Under the pieces are notes generated by a model, which did no database searches, was not told the DNA's origin, and saw nothing but the letters and a program-made list of their open reading frames with translations. This document shows, piece after piece, positions 29,301 through 39,330 of a DNA stretch of 64,000 bases; the first letter of the stretch is position 1; each line of letters opens with the position of its first letter. Location of the stretch: positions 1,152,001 through 1,216,000 of the forward strand of contig CAWIPH010000002.1 of NCBI GenBank assembly GCA_963837955.1, read 5' to 3'. The position numbers and the translations under genes were made by a program. This stretch comes from an uncultured Verrucomicrobiae bacterium. Lineage in GTDB: Bacteria > Verrucomicrobiota > Verrucomicrobiia > Chthoniobacterales > JAFAMB01.

Positions 29301-30446
29301 ATGGCTTGGCGCATCGAAGAGAGTGTAGTTCGCGGCGAGATCGATAACCGTATGCCTGGACGAGTCGACGGCAAAGTCTGGCTCGCCGGTCGCAACGATC
29401 CATTGATCTTGGAGCTGACCGGCAACTGCCACAAGGATCTGGCCGGATGCAGGCTCACATTTTCGAATCCAGCACCGAAACCGGATGTCAGGATGACACT
29501 CGCCGCGGATCAGAGCGGTGTGGTGGGAGATATGACCGCCGCACGCAAGGTGCGGGTGATCGAGAACTTTGACTATCTCGCAATCAAAAGCGGCAAAAAA
29601 TTCCCGGAACACATAGCGAACTGTCTTTATCTGGAATGGTTTAGCCGCGCCAATGGGCGAGTGGTCATTGAGTCAACCGAATACGAGGTGAGTATCAGCG
29701 AGCCGGTTTGGGGGATCTCTCCTGAAGAAGAACTCCAGCAACACGAAGCCAACGCCGAAGCAATGCGATCATTTATGGAACGGGCGGCGGGGGCACTCGA
29801 TGCGCGAGAAGAAGCCGCTTATGACGGAGCGCCCAAGGATGAATTCGAATGGGAACTCTTTCTTCGCGCGTCTGATCGGCGCACGACAAAGCTGGGCGAG
29901 TTGATGGAAAAATATCACGCTCATCCCGATCGCGATCGTTTGATCGCGCGAGAAATGGGTTGGACGCATATCGAGGAAATGCTCGATGCCGAGGCAGAGG
30001 GTGACTTGGAAGAGGAGCCGGACAACACCGTTGACGCTGGCTTTGAGGAATCTGAATCGGATGCGGCCGAAATGGACGAAGACCCGATTCGGCATCCTCT
30101 CGTCGCGCGTTTGCTCAAACGATCGGCGACCCTGATGAAGCTGGCTGGAGACAGACCGGAGAACGACCTTGAGGAGATGGTTGGAGGCTTTATTGCGGTC
30201 GGGCCAAAGATTGCCGGTGCGCTCGGGATCGTGAGGCCATGCCGGAAAGCGGACAACGACTTTAATGGATTGGTGGTTGCAAAGCTTAAACGCGCAATAG
30301 GTGAATTGTCTCGTGCCCTCAATGCGGCGAGTCGCCTCAAAGAGAAAAAAGCAGAGCTGCCATTTCCAATTGACGAATGGGTTACAGAAATGCTTGAGAC
30401 CCGCCAGGAGATCTTGTCGCTCATGAATGAATTCCGGCGTCCCTGA
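29301..30446 (+). CDS. Hypothetical protein (acidic, helical C-terminal half)
   Basis: 381-aa ORF, MAWRIEESVVRGEIDNR..LYLEWFS..NGRVVIES. Confidence 0.8.
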   Translation: MAWRIEESVVRGEIDNRMPGRVDGKVWLAGRNDPLILELTGNCHKDLAGCRLTFSNPAPKPDVRMTLAADQSGVVGDMTAARKVRVIENFDYLAIKSGKKFPEHIANCLYLEWFSRANGRVVIESTEYEVSISEPVWGISPEEELQQHEANAEAMRSFMERAAGALDAREEAAYDGAPKDEFEWELFLRASDRRTTKLGELMEKYHAHPDRDRLIAREMGWTHIEEMLDAEAEGDLEEEPDNTVDAGFEESESDAAEMDEDPIRHPLVARLLKRSATLMKLAGDRPENDLEEMVGGFIAVGPKIAGALGIVRPCRKADNDFNGLVVAKLKRAIGELSRALNAASRLKEKKAELPFPIDEWVTEMLETRQEILSLMNEFRRP

Positions 30447-30598
30447 TCGGTAGGGCGAAAATTTATTTGAGCCGGGGACCCCTAAGCGGATCACGCAAAC
30501 GTTCGCCCTACCGGACAGGGGTGGTGTTCCAGCGTCGGTACGCAACAATCTATTGAGCCGCGATAGCGCAATAGTTATTCGATACATTACAAAATAAT

Positions 30599-31060
30599 GT
30601 GATGAACTCCGAATTTCCCGACCGATCCCGTCCAGCGCGGGGCGTAATCATTCAGCGAGAACAACCCACACTGATTTTCCTGACTGTTTGCACGCGTCAT
30701 CGGAATCGCTGGCTTGCGAGCGATAAAGTTCATCGAGACCTGGTGACCGTTTGGCAATCGACACCGGAATGGGCAGTAGGGACCTACGTCGTCATGCCTG
30801 ATCACCTCCACCTCTTAACATGGCCGAGATCATTAGATCTTGATTTTGATCGTTGGGTGACGTTGTGGAAATCACGTTTTTCGCTTCTGCACGGCGATCA
30901 TCAACACCGGATGGCAAGCGGGTGAATTTCACCACCGCATTAGATCGTTCGAAAGCGCAGAAGAAAAGCGTGACCTACCTTCTGATGAATCCGGATGAGA
31001 GCCGGTTTAGTATCCGACGCCGACGGACGGCCTTCGGTGACGTTGTCGCGATCTGAGGAT
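30599..31060 (+). pseudogene. REP-associated tyrosine transposase (RAYT), frameshifted
   Basis: IFLTVCT, YVVMPDHLH, then WQAGEFHHRIR and YLLMNP in shifted frames; flanked by REP-A. Confidence 0.8.
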
Positions 31061-31082
31061 TGGTGGTGAACGTTGGGCTGAG

Positions 31083-31527
31083 GCGGCTCACGCAAGAGCG
31101 TTCGCCTACCGATCGTGGGTGTTGTCCGAGCATTGGTAGGGCGAAAATTTATTTGAGCCGGGAAAGCCCTGAGCGGCTCACGCAAAAGCGTTCGCCGTAC
31201 CGATCAGGGGTGTTGTCCAAGCATTGGTAGGGCGAAAATTTATTCGAGCCGGAAAGCCCGAGCGGCTCACGCAAAAGCGTTCGCCCTACCGATCGTGGGT
31301 GTTGTCCCAGCGTTGGTAGGGCGAAAATTTATTTGAGCCGGGAAAGCCCTGAGCGGCTCACGCAAAAGCGTTCGCCGTACCGATCGTAGGTGTTGTCCAA
31401 GCATTGGTAGGGCGAAAATTTATTTGAGCCGGGAAAGCCCTGAGCGGCTCACGCAAAAGCGTTCGCCTACCGATCGTAGGTGTTGTCCCAGCGTTGGTAG
31501 GGCGAAAATTTATTTGAGCCGGGAACC
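31083..31527 (+). repeat. REP family A array (~5 units); one more unit at 30446-30540
   Basis: Same unit. Confidence 0.9.
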
Positions 31528-31591
31528 TGAGAGCTGATTGTGACCACGCCAGGTTTTTTGCCCCGCGCAAAGTGGAAAAACCTGCGGCTTC

Positions 31592-31607
31592 ATGACAAAT
31601 TTGTCAT
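31592..31607. promoter_or_regulatory. Perfect palindrome ATGACAAATTTGTCAT (CusR/CopR-box-like)
   Basis: Dyad 93 bp upstream of the ABC operon. Confidence 0.55.
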
Positions 31608-31699
31608 CTGGAATAAAGACTCAATGTCATTTCCGGAGATTACCTAACAACATGTGGTTGCAACTTCGCCGTTCGATTTCCTCCCGAGGCTCGCCCTCC

Positions 31700-32224
31700 A
31701 TGAAAGCTCCGCTTTCCCAGATTCTTATTTGCATGTTTGCCTTCGCGACGTCCGGTTGGGCAACCGAAAAGAATCCTCCGGGCGATATTCCAGATGACCA
31801 AGTCTTTGTGTCGTATACGTCTTCTATTGGCGGCTATAGCCTGAAAGTCCCTGAGGGATGGTCCCGATCCGAACGAGGTTCCGATGTCGACTTCATTGAT
31901 AAGTTCGACGGGGTGGCTGTGATGGTTGTCGCGGAAGCTACAGCTCCAACCGCCAAAGACGTGGTCGCCAGGCTTGAGCAAGCCGAAAAGGGATTGAAAA
32001 TCGTTGGTACGAAGGAAATCCGGCTGCCCGCCGGTCAGGCTTTAGTCATTAAGTATGAATCTGATTCGGAGCCTAATGCGGTCACCAACAAACGACTTCG
32101 CTTGGAAAAAGAGGCGTACGCCTTCAACAAAAACGGAAAAACGGCAATTCTAACTCTTTGGGCGCCGATCGGTGCGGATAACGCAGATCAGTGGAAGCTC
32201 ATGTCGCAGAGCTTTCGCTGGTAG
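31700..32224 (+). CDS. Exported PsbP/Mog1-like protein
   Basis: Signal peptide; NPPGDIPD.QVF; YSLKVPEGW; ends SFRW. Confidence 0.75.
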   Translation: MKAPLSQILICMFAFATSGWATEKNPPGDIPDDQVFVSYTSSIGGYSLKVPEGWSRSERGSDVDFIDKFDGVAVMVVAEATAPTAKDVVARLEQAEKGLKIVGTKEIRLPAGQALVIKYESDSEPNAVTNKRLRLEKEAYAFNKNGKTAILTLWAPIGADNADQWKLMSQSFRW

Positions 32225-32244
32225 ACTACTGTTCTATAGCTCAA

Positions 32245-32919
32245 ATGGCGACAGCAAGCATTCTAGAGGCGCGCGACCTGTATCGCTTCTTCCACGCCGA
32301 TGACGAGGAAACGCTCGCGTTGCGTGGCGTCAACCTGAAGGCCGATGCCGGAGAAATGATTGCGATTGTTGGCCCGTCCGGTAGCGGGAAATCAACGTTA
32401 TTGGCGTGCCTAGCCGGAACCGATGAACCGAATGGTGGTGAGGTTCGCATTCTCGGAGAGAGAATTACCCGCCGTTCCGAGCCGCATCGTGCAGACGTTC
32501 GGGCTCGGAGCCTGGGATTCCTTTTGCAATCGGACAACCTCATCGAACATCTTAACGTCGAAGAAAACGTGCTTTTGCCGATGCGTTTGGCGCGCAAAGA
32601 AAATAAGGCCCGACTCTGCGCGCTCCTCGACTCTTTGGGACTTAGCCATCATCGCCGGGCATATCCGGGACAGCTATCCGGGGGCGAGGCCGCACGGGCC
32701 GGTTTGGCGGTAGCCCTGGCTGCTGCTCCCAAAGTTCTCCTGGCAGACGAACCAACCGGCGAGGTGGACGCGGTGACGGAGCGTTGGGTACTGGAACTCA
32801 TGGAAAAGCACTGCCAAGAGGGTGGAGTGGTGATAGTGGCCACTCACAGTAGGGCGCTAGCCATGAAGGCACGCCGTATCGTCAGACTCGTCGATGGCAA
32901 GGTGGTCGCAGATGAATGA
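32245..32919 (+). CDS. ABC ATP-binding protein (LolD/MacB-type)
   Basis: GPSGSGKS, LSGGE, LADEPTG. Confidence 0.92.
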   Translation: MATASILEARDLYRFFHADDEETLALRGVNLKADAGEMIAIVGPSGSGKSTLLACLAGTDEPNGGEVRILGERITRRSEPHRADVRARSLGFLLQSDNLIEHLNVEENVLLPMRLARKENKARLCALLDSLGLSHHRRAYPGQLSGGEAARAGLAVALAAAPKVLLADEPTGEVDAVTERWVLELMEKHCQEGGVVIVATHSRALAMKARRIVRLVDGKVVADE

Positions 32920-33568
32920 GGCACTCGTATCTCTGGATAACGTCAGTCGTCATTATGGAGATGGCCGGTTCAAGATAACCGCACTTACAAATGTATCCTG
33001 CCAAATAATGGCGAACGCCAATGTGGCGGTGGTAGGCCGTTCCGGCAGTGGGAAATCTACTCTGTTACATTTGATAGCGGGCTTGGATAAACCAACCAGC
33101 GGTTTGATCAGTTGGCCGGCGCTTGGCTCGGGGACAGAACTTCGGCCGGACCAAATCTGCGTGGTGTTTCAAACGGCGAGTTTGCTGCCGACTCTTACCG
33201 TGCTCGAGAACGTCGAAATTTGCTGGCTGCTATCAAGCAAGAACGAAGAGGAGGCCCGGCCCGCTGCGTTACGGATCCTCGAGAGGCTAGGTTTATCGAC
33301 GCTTGCTGGTAAGCTTCCAGGTGAACTTTCCGGAGGACAAGCGCAAAGGGTAGCGGTTGCTCGCGCTCTGGTCTGCCAGCCACGATTGATTCTGGCCGAC
33401 GAACCCACCGGTCAGCTCGACAGCGCTACTGCGGTGAAGCTGATTGAGGTGCTGGTTAACTCGATCACCGATTCCGGGGCTGCCTTGATCGTCGCGACTC
33501 ACGATCCGGCAGTAGCAGATCGGATGCAGACACAATGGCGCATGGCATACGGAAAACTTGAGTACTAA
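32912..33568 (+). CDS. ABC ATP-binding protein (LolD/MacB-type)
   Basis: GRSGSGKS, LSGGQ, LADEPTG. Confidence 0.92.
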   Translation: MNEALVSLDNVSRHYGDGRFKITALTNVSCQIMANANVAVVGRSGSGKSTLLHLIAGLDKPTSGLISWPALGSGTELRPDQICVVFQTASLLPTLTVLENVEICWLLSSKNEEEARPAALRILERLGLSTLAGKLPGELSGGQAQRVAVARALVCQPRLILADEPTGQLDSATAVKLIEVLVNSITDSGAALIVATHDPAVADRMQTQWRMAYGKLEY

Positions 33569-36242
33569 AATCCGACTGATTCTTTCGTGGACGATTAGCC
33601 TGATCAAACGCCGGCCGACCAGGCTGGTCGGCACGATGATTGGTGTTGGTCTCGCTCTCGCTTTGCTGGCTTGTCTCGGATCCTTCGTCGATTCGAGCGT
33701 AAAAACGATGACAGGCCGGGCGGTTGCGGGTCTGTCGATTGACTGGCAGATCCAGCTCAATTCGCGCGCCGACGAAGAAACGGTGCGAGCGGTAATCCGA
33801 CAATCTGACCCTAACGCGGTGTTGGAGACCGTTGCGTATGCAGATGTAACCGGTTTGGTTGCCAAGACCGGTGAAACGGTGCAAACGACGGGTGCCGCCG
33901 TGGTGCTGGGTCTTTCCGCCAGCTACGGAAAGGCTTTCCCTAACGAGATCGCTTCGATGTTCGGCTCTGACCAGGGCGTCTTTGCGCTGCAACAAACGGC
34001 AGCTAACTTGCATGTCTCAATCGGTGACCTCGTGACGATTCAGCGTCCCGGAGGGTTGCCCCCGGTTGAAGTTAAGATCAATGGGATCATTAATTTGCCC
34101 GACGCGGGCGCAGTTTTTCAGAAGGTAGGCGCTCCTTCCGGAGCGAACCCACCAACTACCCCCGACAACGTGCTCGTGCTTCCGATCGAGATCTGGCGCT
34201 ACTTATTTTCCGAACAAATGGCGGTGCAGCCGGATTCTGCGCATGCCCAGGTTCACGTTCGTACCAGCCGAAGTAATCTACCGGCCAGTCCCGAGGCGGC
34301 ATATGCTTGGGAACTGCAACGAGCCCATCATTTGGAGTTAGGCATTGCTGGGCGCGGAGTGCTGGCCGACAACCTTGCTGGTAAGCTCGCGAGCGTGCGC
34401 GGTGATGCACTGTACGCTAAAGTGCTTTTTCTTTTTCTGGGTCTGCCCGGTCTAGTCGTAGCAACGCTATTGACGTTAGGCATAGCCGGATCTGGAGCAG
34501 TTCATCGCCGGCAGCAGCAAGCCTTGCTGCGAACCCGAGGCGCTTCGGTTGGAACGGTTTTGAATTTGGCATCGGCAGAAGCGGTGTTAGTCGGTCTTGG
34601 CGGTGGCGTTCTTGGAGCACTGCTTGCTTTCGCAGTCAGCAAGATTTTCAAACTAGTCTTGGGCATTTCCTTGACCGGCATGGTCGGCTGGCTGCTGGTT
34701 GCATTCTGTGTTGGTTTACTTTTGGCTCTAATTGCCGTGCTTCAGCCAACGTGGTACGAGGCCCGCCGTTCAACCGTAGCAGCGGCGCGAATCCTTTCGT
34801 TCTCCAAGACCACGCCCATATGGCGCCGAGCGTGGCTTGATGTCGTTTTGCTCGCGGTCGCTGCCATTGATCTCTGGTGGATGGCTAGCACGGGTTACCA
34901 ACTAGTCTTGGCTCCGGAGGGAGCGGCAAGTGTCTCCGTTCATTATGAGGCTTTTGCCGGCCCATTTTGTCTCTGGATCGGCATGATGCTCGGGACTCTG
35001 CGCTTATTCGGATTCATGTTAGAGCGCGGACTACCGCTCGCAGCAAAACTTCGTCTCCTCCCTTTTGTAGGAAAGCTCTCTCGAATCGTGGCTGTGTCTC
35101 TGGCCCGTCAACGGCGGGCTCTGTCCCGGGCAATGGCTCTGGTGGCTCTCGCGGTGTCCTTCGCCGTATCCACAGCGATATTTAATGCGACCTATCAAAC
35201 GCAATCCCGAATCGACGCACAGTTAACCAACGGCGGCGATGTCACGGTAAGCGGGATTCCTTCAGCTACAATGGCTTCTGAGCTCCTTTCTAAGCTGGAA
35301 AAATTACCAAATGTAATAGCGGCTCGAGCTATGCAACACGGGTACGCCTATGTCGGCAACGATCTCCAAGATATCTACGGAATCGATCCGAAAACTATCG
35401 GCGATGCAACCCAACTAGCGGATGCTTACTTCGCGGATGGCAGCGCTCGAGCAGCACTTAAGATGTTGGTGGATCAACCTGACGGTGTCCTTGTGTCCGA
35501 CGAAACCGTTAATGACTTTCAGCTCAACCGTGGTGATGAGTTGAACCTACGATTGAAGAGCGCGCGTGATAGTGGCGTTGTTCCTTTCCGCTTCGTTGGT
35601 GTCGTCCGCGAGTTTCCCACTGCACCGAAAGACTCATTTCTAGTTGTGAATAGCGATTATCTCGCATCTCACACCCAGTCTGCTTTGCCATGGACAATCT
35701 TAATTCGCGCCAACGGCGATCCGTCTCTGCTCGCGCAACAGGTAATCCGAGCAGTCGGACCGATTGCCGGGGTTAAGGTAAGCGACATAGACTCAGTTCA
35801 AAGACAGATCAGTTCCAGCTTATCAGCCATCGATCTGCGCGGGCTCACTTTACTCGAATTAAGTTTCGCCGTCGTTTTTGTTGTTGGTGCGACTGGACTG
35901 GCTCTATTCTTGAGTTTGGGCGAGAGAAGGCGTTCATTTGCCATTCTTAGCGCTCTTGGAGCGAAGCGACGGCATCTGGCGGCATTCATGTGGAGCGAAG
36001 CCGTCACGATTCTGCTCGGTGGCGGGCTGGTCGGCATTTTGCTTGGCTGGTTGGTTGCTTTCGCGTTGGTCAAGGTACTGGCCGGAGTGTTTGACCCGCC
36101 GCCCGAGGCTTTAACCGTTCCTTGGATTTACTTGCTGTTTCTATGTGCAGCGGCTATCACTCTCACGGCTGCCGGAGTCGCTTTTCATCTTCGAAAATTG
36201 CTAAGCGAATCAGTCGTCAGTGATCTGCGTTCGGGGGTGTGA
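33558..36242 (+). CDS. FtsX-like ABC permease with duplicated halves
   Basis: Multiple TM segments; LLRTRGAS and LSALGA motifs. Confidence 0.88.
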   Translation: MSTKIRLILSWTISLIKRRPTRLVGTMIGVGLALALLACLGSFVDSSVKTMTGRAVAGLSIDWQIQLNSRADEETVRAVIRQSDPNAVLETVAYADVTGLVAKTGETVQTTGAAVVLGLSASYGKAFPNEIASMFGSDQGVFALQQTAANLHVSIGDLVTIQRPGGLPPVEVKINGIINLPDAGAVFQKVGAPSGANPPTTPDNVLVLPIEIWRYLFSEQMAVQPDSAHAQVHVRTSRSNLPASPEAAYAWELQRAHHLELGIAGRGVLADNLAGKLASVRGDALYAKVLFLFLGLPGLVVATLLTLGIAGSGAVHRRQQQALLRTRGASVGTVLNLASAEAVLVGLGGGVLGALLAFAVSKIFKLVLGISLTGMVGWLLVAFCVGLLLALIAVLQPTWYEARRSTVAAARILSFSKTTPIWRRAWLDVVLLAVAAIDLWWMASTGYQLVLAPEGAASVSVHYEAFAGPFCLWIGMMLGTLRLFGFMLERGLPLAAKLRLLPFVGKLSRIVAVSLARQRRALSRAMALVALAVSFAVSTAIFNATYQTQSRIDAQLTNGGDVTVSGIPSATMASELLSKLEKLPNVIAARAMQHGYAYVGNDLQDIYGIDPKTIGDATQLADAYFADGSARAALKMLVDQPDGVLVSDETVNDFQLNRGDELNLRLKSARDSGVVPFRFVGVVREFPTAPKDSFLVVNSDYLASHTQSALPWTILIRANGDPSLLAQQVIRAVGPIAGVKVSDIDSVQRQISSSLSAIDLRGLTLLELSFAVVFVVGATGLALFLSLGERRRSFAILSALGAKRRHLAAFMWSEAVTILLGGGLVGILLGWLVAFALVKVLAGVFDPPPEALTVPWIYLLFLCAAAITLTAAGVAFHLRKLLSESVVSDLRSGV

Positions 36243-36306
36243 TGTGCTCTGAGTTATCGACTTCGAGGTTTCTAACTTAGTTTTCTCGGCGAAAACACCC
36301 TGGACG

Positions 36307-36524
36307 GGTAGGGCGAAACACAACGTCAAGCGACAGCGAGATAAGCTGTGTGAGCCGATTTCCGTGCAGCACGACAGGCAGTAGTTCTATCCACGTCGAG
36401 CGCCAGGTCCGCGCCGGCCGCTGGTTGCACGCAAACGGCTCACAGTCCCTCCCCAGTTTGGCTTTGAGTTAGGTGGAAGAACGGCCTTTTGGGGCCAAAC
36501 TGGAGAGAAACTGTATCGCCCTAC
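36307..36524. repeat. Extended REP-A-derived element; relatives at 43599-43749 and 47141-47290
   Basis: GGTAGGGCGA..CTGTGTGAGCC..GGCTCACAG..TCGCCCTACC. Confidence 0.7.
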
Positions 36525-36778
36525 CAATCGCGGGCTCGGATCAACCTGTAGCGCCGCGGAACGCCGGAGCCGGTACGGGCAAGAAACGCCAGTAAGTGAC
36601 AGCGAGAGGAGGTGTTAGTTGTGATTAGTCTGCGAGACGCTGATTGTCGAAAAAGTTGTCCGCGGCACAACTTCTTCATGTTAGTTCAATACAGCAATTC
36701 TGCGATTGCTTGATGTGAAAGTTAGGAAATCAGTCAGTTGATCTGATCTTAGATCTATCGACGCAGTAACGAAGACGG

Positions 36779-36997
36779 TTAGTCATCATCATGCCACCGG
36801 TGCGAGTACTGTTCATGCTCCCAGTGCTCATGTCGCCAATGTTCGCGCCATTGATGCCGGCGCCAGGCCCAATAGTTCCAATACCCAGGATGGTATTCCA
36901 CCCAGCCAGGATCGCCACAGTCATCGGCTTTCGCTTGACTAGGTAACAACGGTAGCAGTCCGCAGACTGCACAGATAATTAACAGACAACGTTTCAT
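36779..36997 (-). CDS. Small secreted His/Trp/Glu-rich protein, 72 aa
   Basis: MKRCLLIICAVCGLL..AKA signal peptide; RHQWREHWRHEHWEHE tail. Confidence 0.7.
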   Translation of the reverse strand: MKRCLLIICAVCGLLPLLPSQAKADDCGDPGWVEYHPGYWNYWAWRRHQWREHWRHEHWEHEQYSHRWHDDD

Positions 36998-37127
36998 TGT
37001 AGTAAATACGACTACCGATTGATGGACGTGAGCAGTCCAAGAGTTATTCAAGCTGGTGCGGGATCTATGCGCGGATGCAAGAGCCGTTGACTGACCTGTG
37101 TCGCCATGGCGTAGTGAAGGTGTTGTG

Positions 37128-37540
37128 TCGCTGTAGTCCGAGGGGAGCGGCGAGCAACCCATGACGGACGGAGGGGAGCCGCTTGCGGCTCCCGGGAGTT
37201 ACCCATGATCGAACTATACCCCCGGACCTTTGGCTCGGATTTCTCGGGATGTGTTGGATTGTTCCCGGGCGCCGCAAGCGGCGCCCCTCCGCGCGTGGCC
37301 ACGTTCTTTCGACTAAGGAGACGCTCTTGGCCCTACCGATCAGTGGTGTGCTCTCGCTGTAGTCCGAAGGGAGCGGCGAGCAACCCATGACGACGGAGGG
37401 GAGCCGCTTGCGGCTCCCGGGAGTTACCCACGATCGAACAATACCCCGGACCTTCGGCTCGGATTTCTCGGGGTGCGTTGGATTGTTCCCGGGCGCCGCA
37501 AGCGGCGCCCCTCCGCGCGTGGCCACGTTCTTTCGACTGA
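37128..37540. repeat. Two tandem ~225-bp units, each with a REP-B doublet
   Basis: TCGCTGTAGTCCGA..GTTCTTTCGACT repeated. Confidence 0.85.
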
Positions 37541-37609
37541 AGAGGCCGCCCTCGGCACTAGCGCGTTTGTGTTTTCGAAGATTCGGTCGCCCGATGTAAT
37601 CATTTGATT

Positions 37610-37627
37610 TATTCATTTGAATGAATA
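37610..37627. promoter_or_regulatory. Operator-like dyad TATTCATT-TG-AATGAATA
   Basis: Immediately upstream of the TetR gene. Confidence 0.6.
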
Positions 37628-37636
37628 GGTTGAGGC

Positions 37637-38314
37637 GTGGAAGACCCCATTTCACTCCCAGATCAAGACCGCGATGCCAAACAACGGTTGATCGACGCTG
37701 GACTCGAAATTTTTGGCACTTACAATCTCGAAGGCGCCACCACCCGGCAGTTAGCCGAACATGCGGGTGTGAACCAAGCAGCCATTCCCTACTACTTCGG
37801 CGGGAAGGAAGGATTGTACCTTGCGGTTGTCCAGCATTGTTTCTCCAGCAACTTCGCAATCGTCGGTCCGGTGGTCTCCGCTTTTGAAAAAAGTCTGGCG
37901 GCGAAGAAGCTAGGCAAAGACGAAGCGTTGGCGATCCTCAAGAAATTGCTGGGTACAATGATGGAATTGGTACTGACCCGGAAAGCGAGCAGTACCTGGG
38001 CGCGCATTATCATGCGAGAGCAGATGCAGCCTACCCAGGCATTCAGCCAAATTTATGAAAAAGGAATTAGGCGAGTGCATGAGACGGTTTCGGCGTTGCT
38101 AGCCATCATCCTGGAAAAGAAACCTACCGACAGAAAGGTGGTGCTCCGCACGCACATGTTAGTGGGCCATGTCCTCATTTTTCTAGCTGGGCGAGAAACC
38201 ATTCGGCGGCGTCTTAATCTCACAGGCTATACCGACGAAGAGGTAAAGGAAATCAGGCAGGCGCTGGAGGAGCAGCTCGACCTTCTTCGGTTCGATTCGG
38301 AGGCAAGAAAATGA
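37637..38314 (+). CDS. cecR: TetR-family regulator, CecR/YbiH-like
   Basis: TTRQLAEHAGVNQAAIPYYFGGKEGLY; REQMQPT; synteny with ybhGFSR. Confidence 0.85.
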   Translation: MEDPISLPDQDRDAKQRLIDAGLEIFGTYNLEGATTRQLAEHAGVNQAAIPYYFGGKEGLYLAVVQHCFSSNFAIVGPVVSAFEKSLAAKKLGKDEALAILKKLLGTMMELVLTRKASSTWARIIMREQMQPTQAFSQIYEKGIRRVHETVSALLAIILEKKPTDRKVVLRTHMLVGHVLIFLAGRETIRRRLNLTGYTDEEVKEIRQALEEQLDLLRFDSEARK

Positions 38315-39330
38315 GGCGTCGCATTTTCATCGTTATCGCGGCGGTAGTCGTATTGGCTGCTGCCGGCTGGATTACCTGGCAATTCGCTTTCTCTAAAAAA
38401 CATCAGGACTTGCAGATTTACGGTAACGTCGACATTCGCCAGGTGAACCTAGGTTTTCGGGTCGCCGGACGCATTGAAGCTATGCGGGTCGATGAAGGAG
38501 ACTCTGTCAAAGTTGGTGATCTGATTGGCTTGCTCGATGCCGGTCCCTATCAAGATCAGGTCAACGTTGCCCGTGCTCAGTTCGAGCAAACGCAGGCTAA
38601 CTACACAAAGATGGTAAATGGTCCGCGCAAAGAGGAAATCGACCAGGCTCGAGCTCAGCTTGAGCAAGCCAAAGCTAATCTGAAGAATGCCGAGCTGAGT
38701 TACCAAAGAGAAACTGATCTGAGGCGAAACAATGTGGTGTCCCAGCAAGAACTCGACAATGCGACTGCCCAACGAGACGCCTACAAAGCCCAAGTCGACT
38801 CTGGCGCAGCAAATCTTGCACTGCTGGTAGCGGGCAATCGGCCAGAGGATGTTGATGCCGCCCGCGCTCAAATGGAAAATGCCAAAGCGAACTTGGACAA
38901 CGCCGAAAGGAATCTAGCGGATTGCCGGCTGCTGGCGCCGTCCGATGGAGTCATCATTACCCGAGCGCTCGAGCCTGGCGCAATCGTGAGTGTTGGAGCC
39001 TCGGTGTATTCGCTGGCGCTGAACGAACCGATCTGGGTGCGGACCTACATCGACGAGCCTGACCTGGGCCGGATCTATCCAGGCATGAAGGCGCTCGTCT
39101 TCACCGACGCGAATCCGGGCAAACCTTACGATGGCCGAGTTGGCTTTGTGTCGCCGATCGCTGAGTTTACTCCGAAATCGGTGCAGACACGCGAGCTGCG
39201 CACCGATCTGGTATTTCGTCTACGGGTGGTCATCGATAAGCCGGATAAATATCTGCGCCAAGGGATGCCTGTAACTGTGCAACTGATTGATCAGGGCAAC
39301 AGCCATGAGCTCAGCTCCAGCCAGAATTAA
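38311..39330 (+). CDS. ybhG: HlyD-family membrane fusion protein
   Basis: YGNVDIRQVNLGFRV; AEFTPKSVQT.ELRTDLV. Confidence 0.9.
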   Translation: MRRRIFIVIAAVVVLAAAGWITWQFAFSKKHQDLQIYGNVDIRQVNLGFRVAGRIEAMRVDEGDSVKVGDLIGLLDAGPYQDQVNVARAQFEQTQANYTKMVNGPRKEEIDQARAQLEQAKANLKNAELSYQRETDLRRNNVVSQQELDNATAQRDAYKAQVDSGAANLALLVAGNRPEDVDAARAQMENAKANLDNAERNLADCRLLAPSDGVIITRALEPGAIVSVGASVYSLALNEPIWVRTYIDEPDLGRIYPGMKALVFTDANPGKPYDGRVGFVSPIAEFTPKSVQTRELRTDLVFRLRVVIDKPDKYLRQGMPVTVQLIDQGNSHELSSSQN

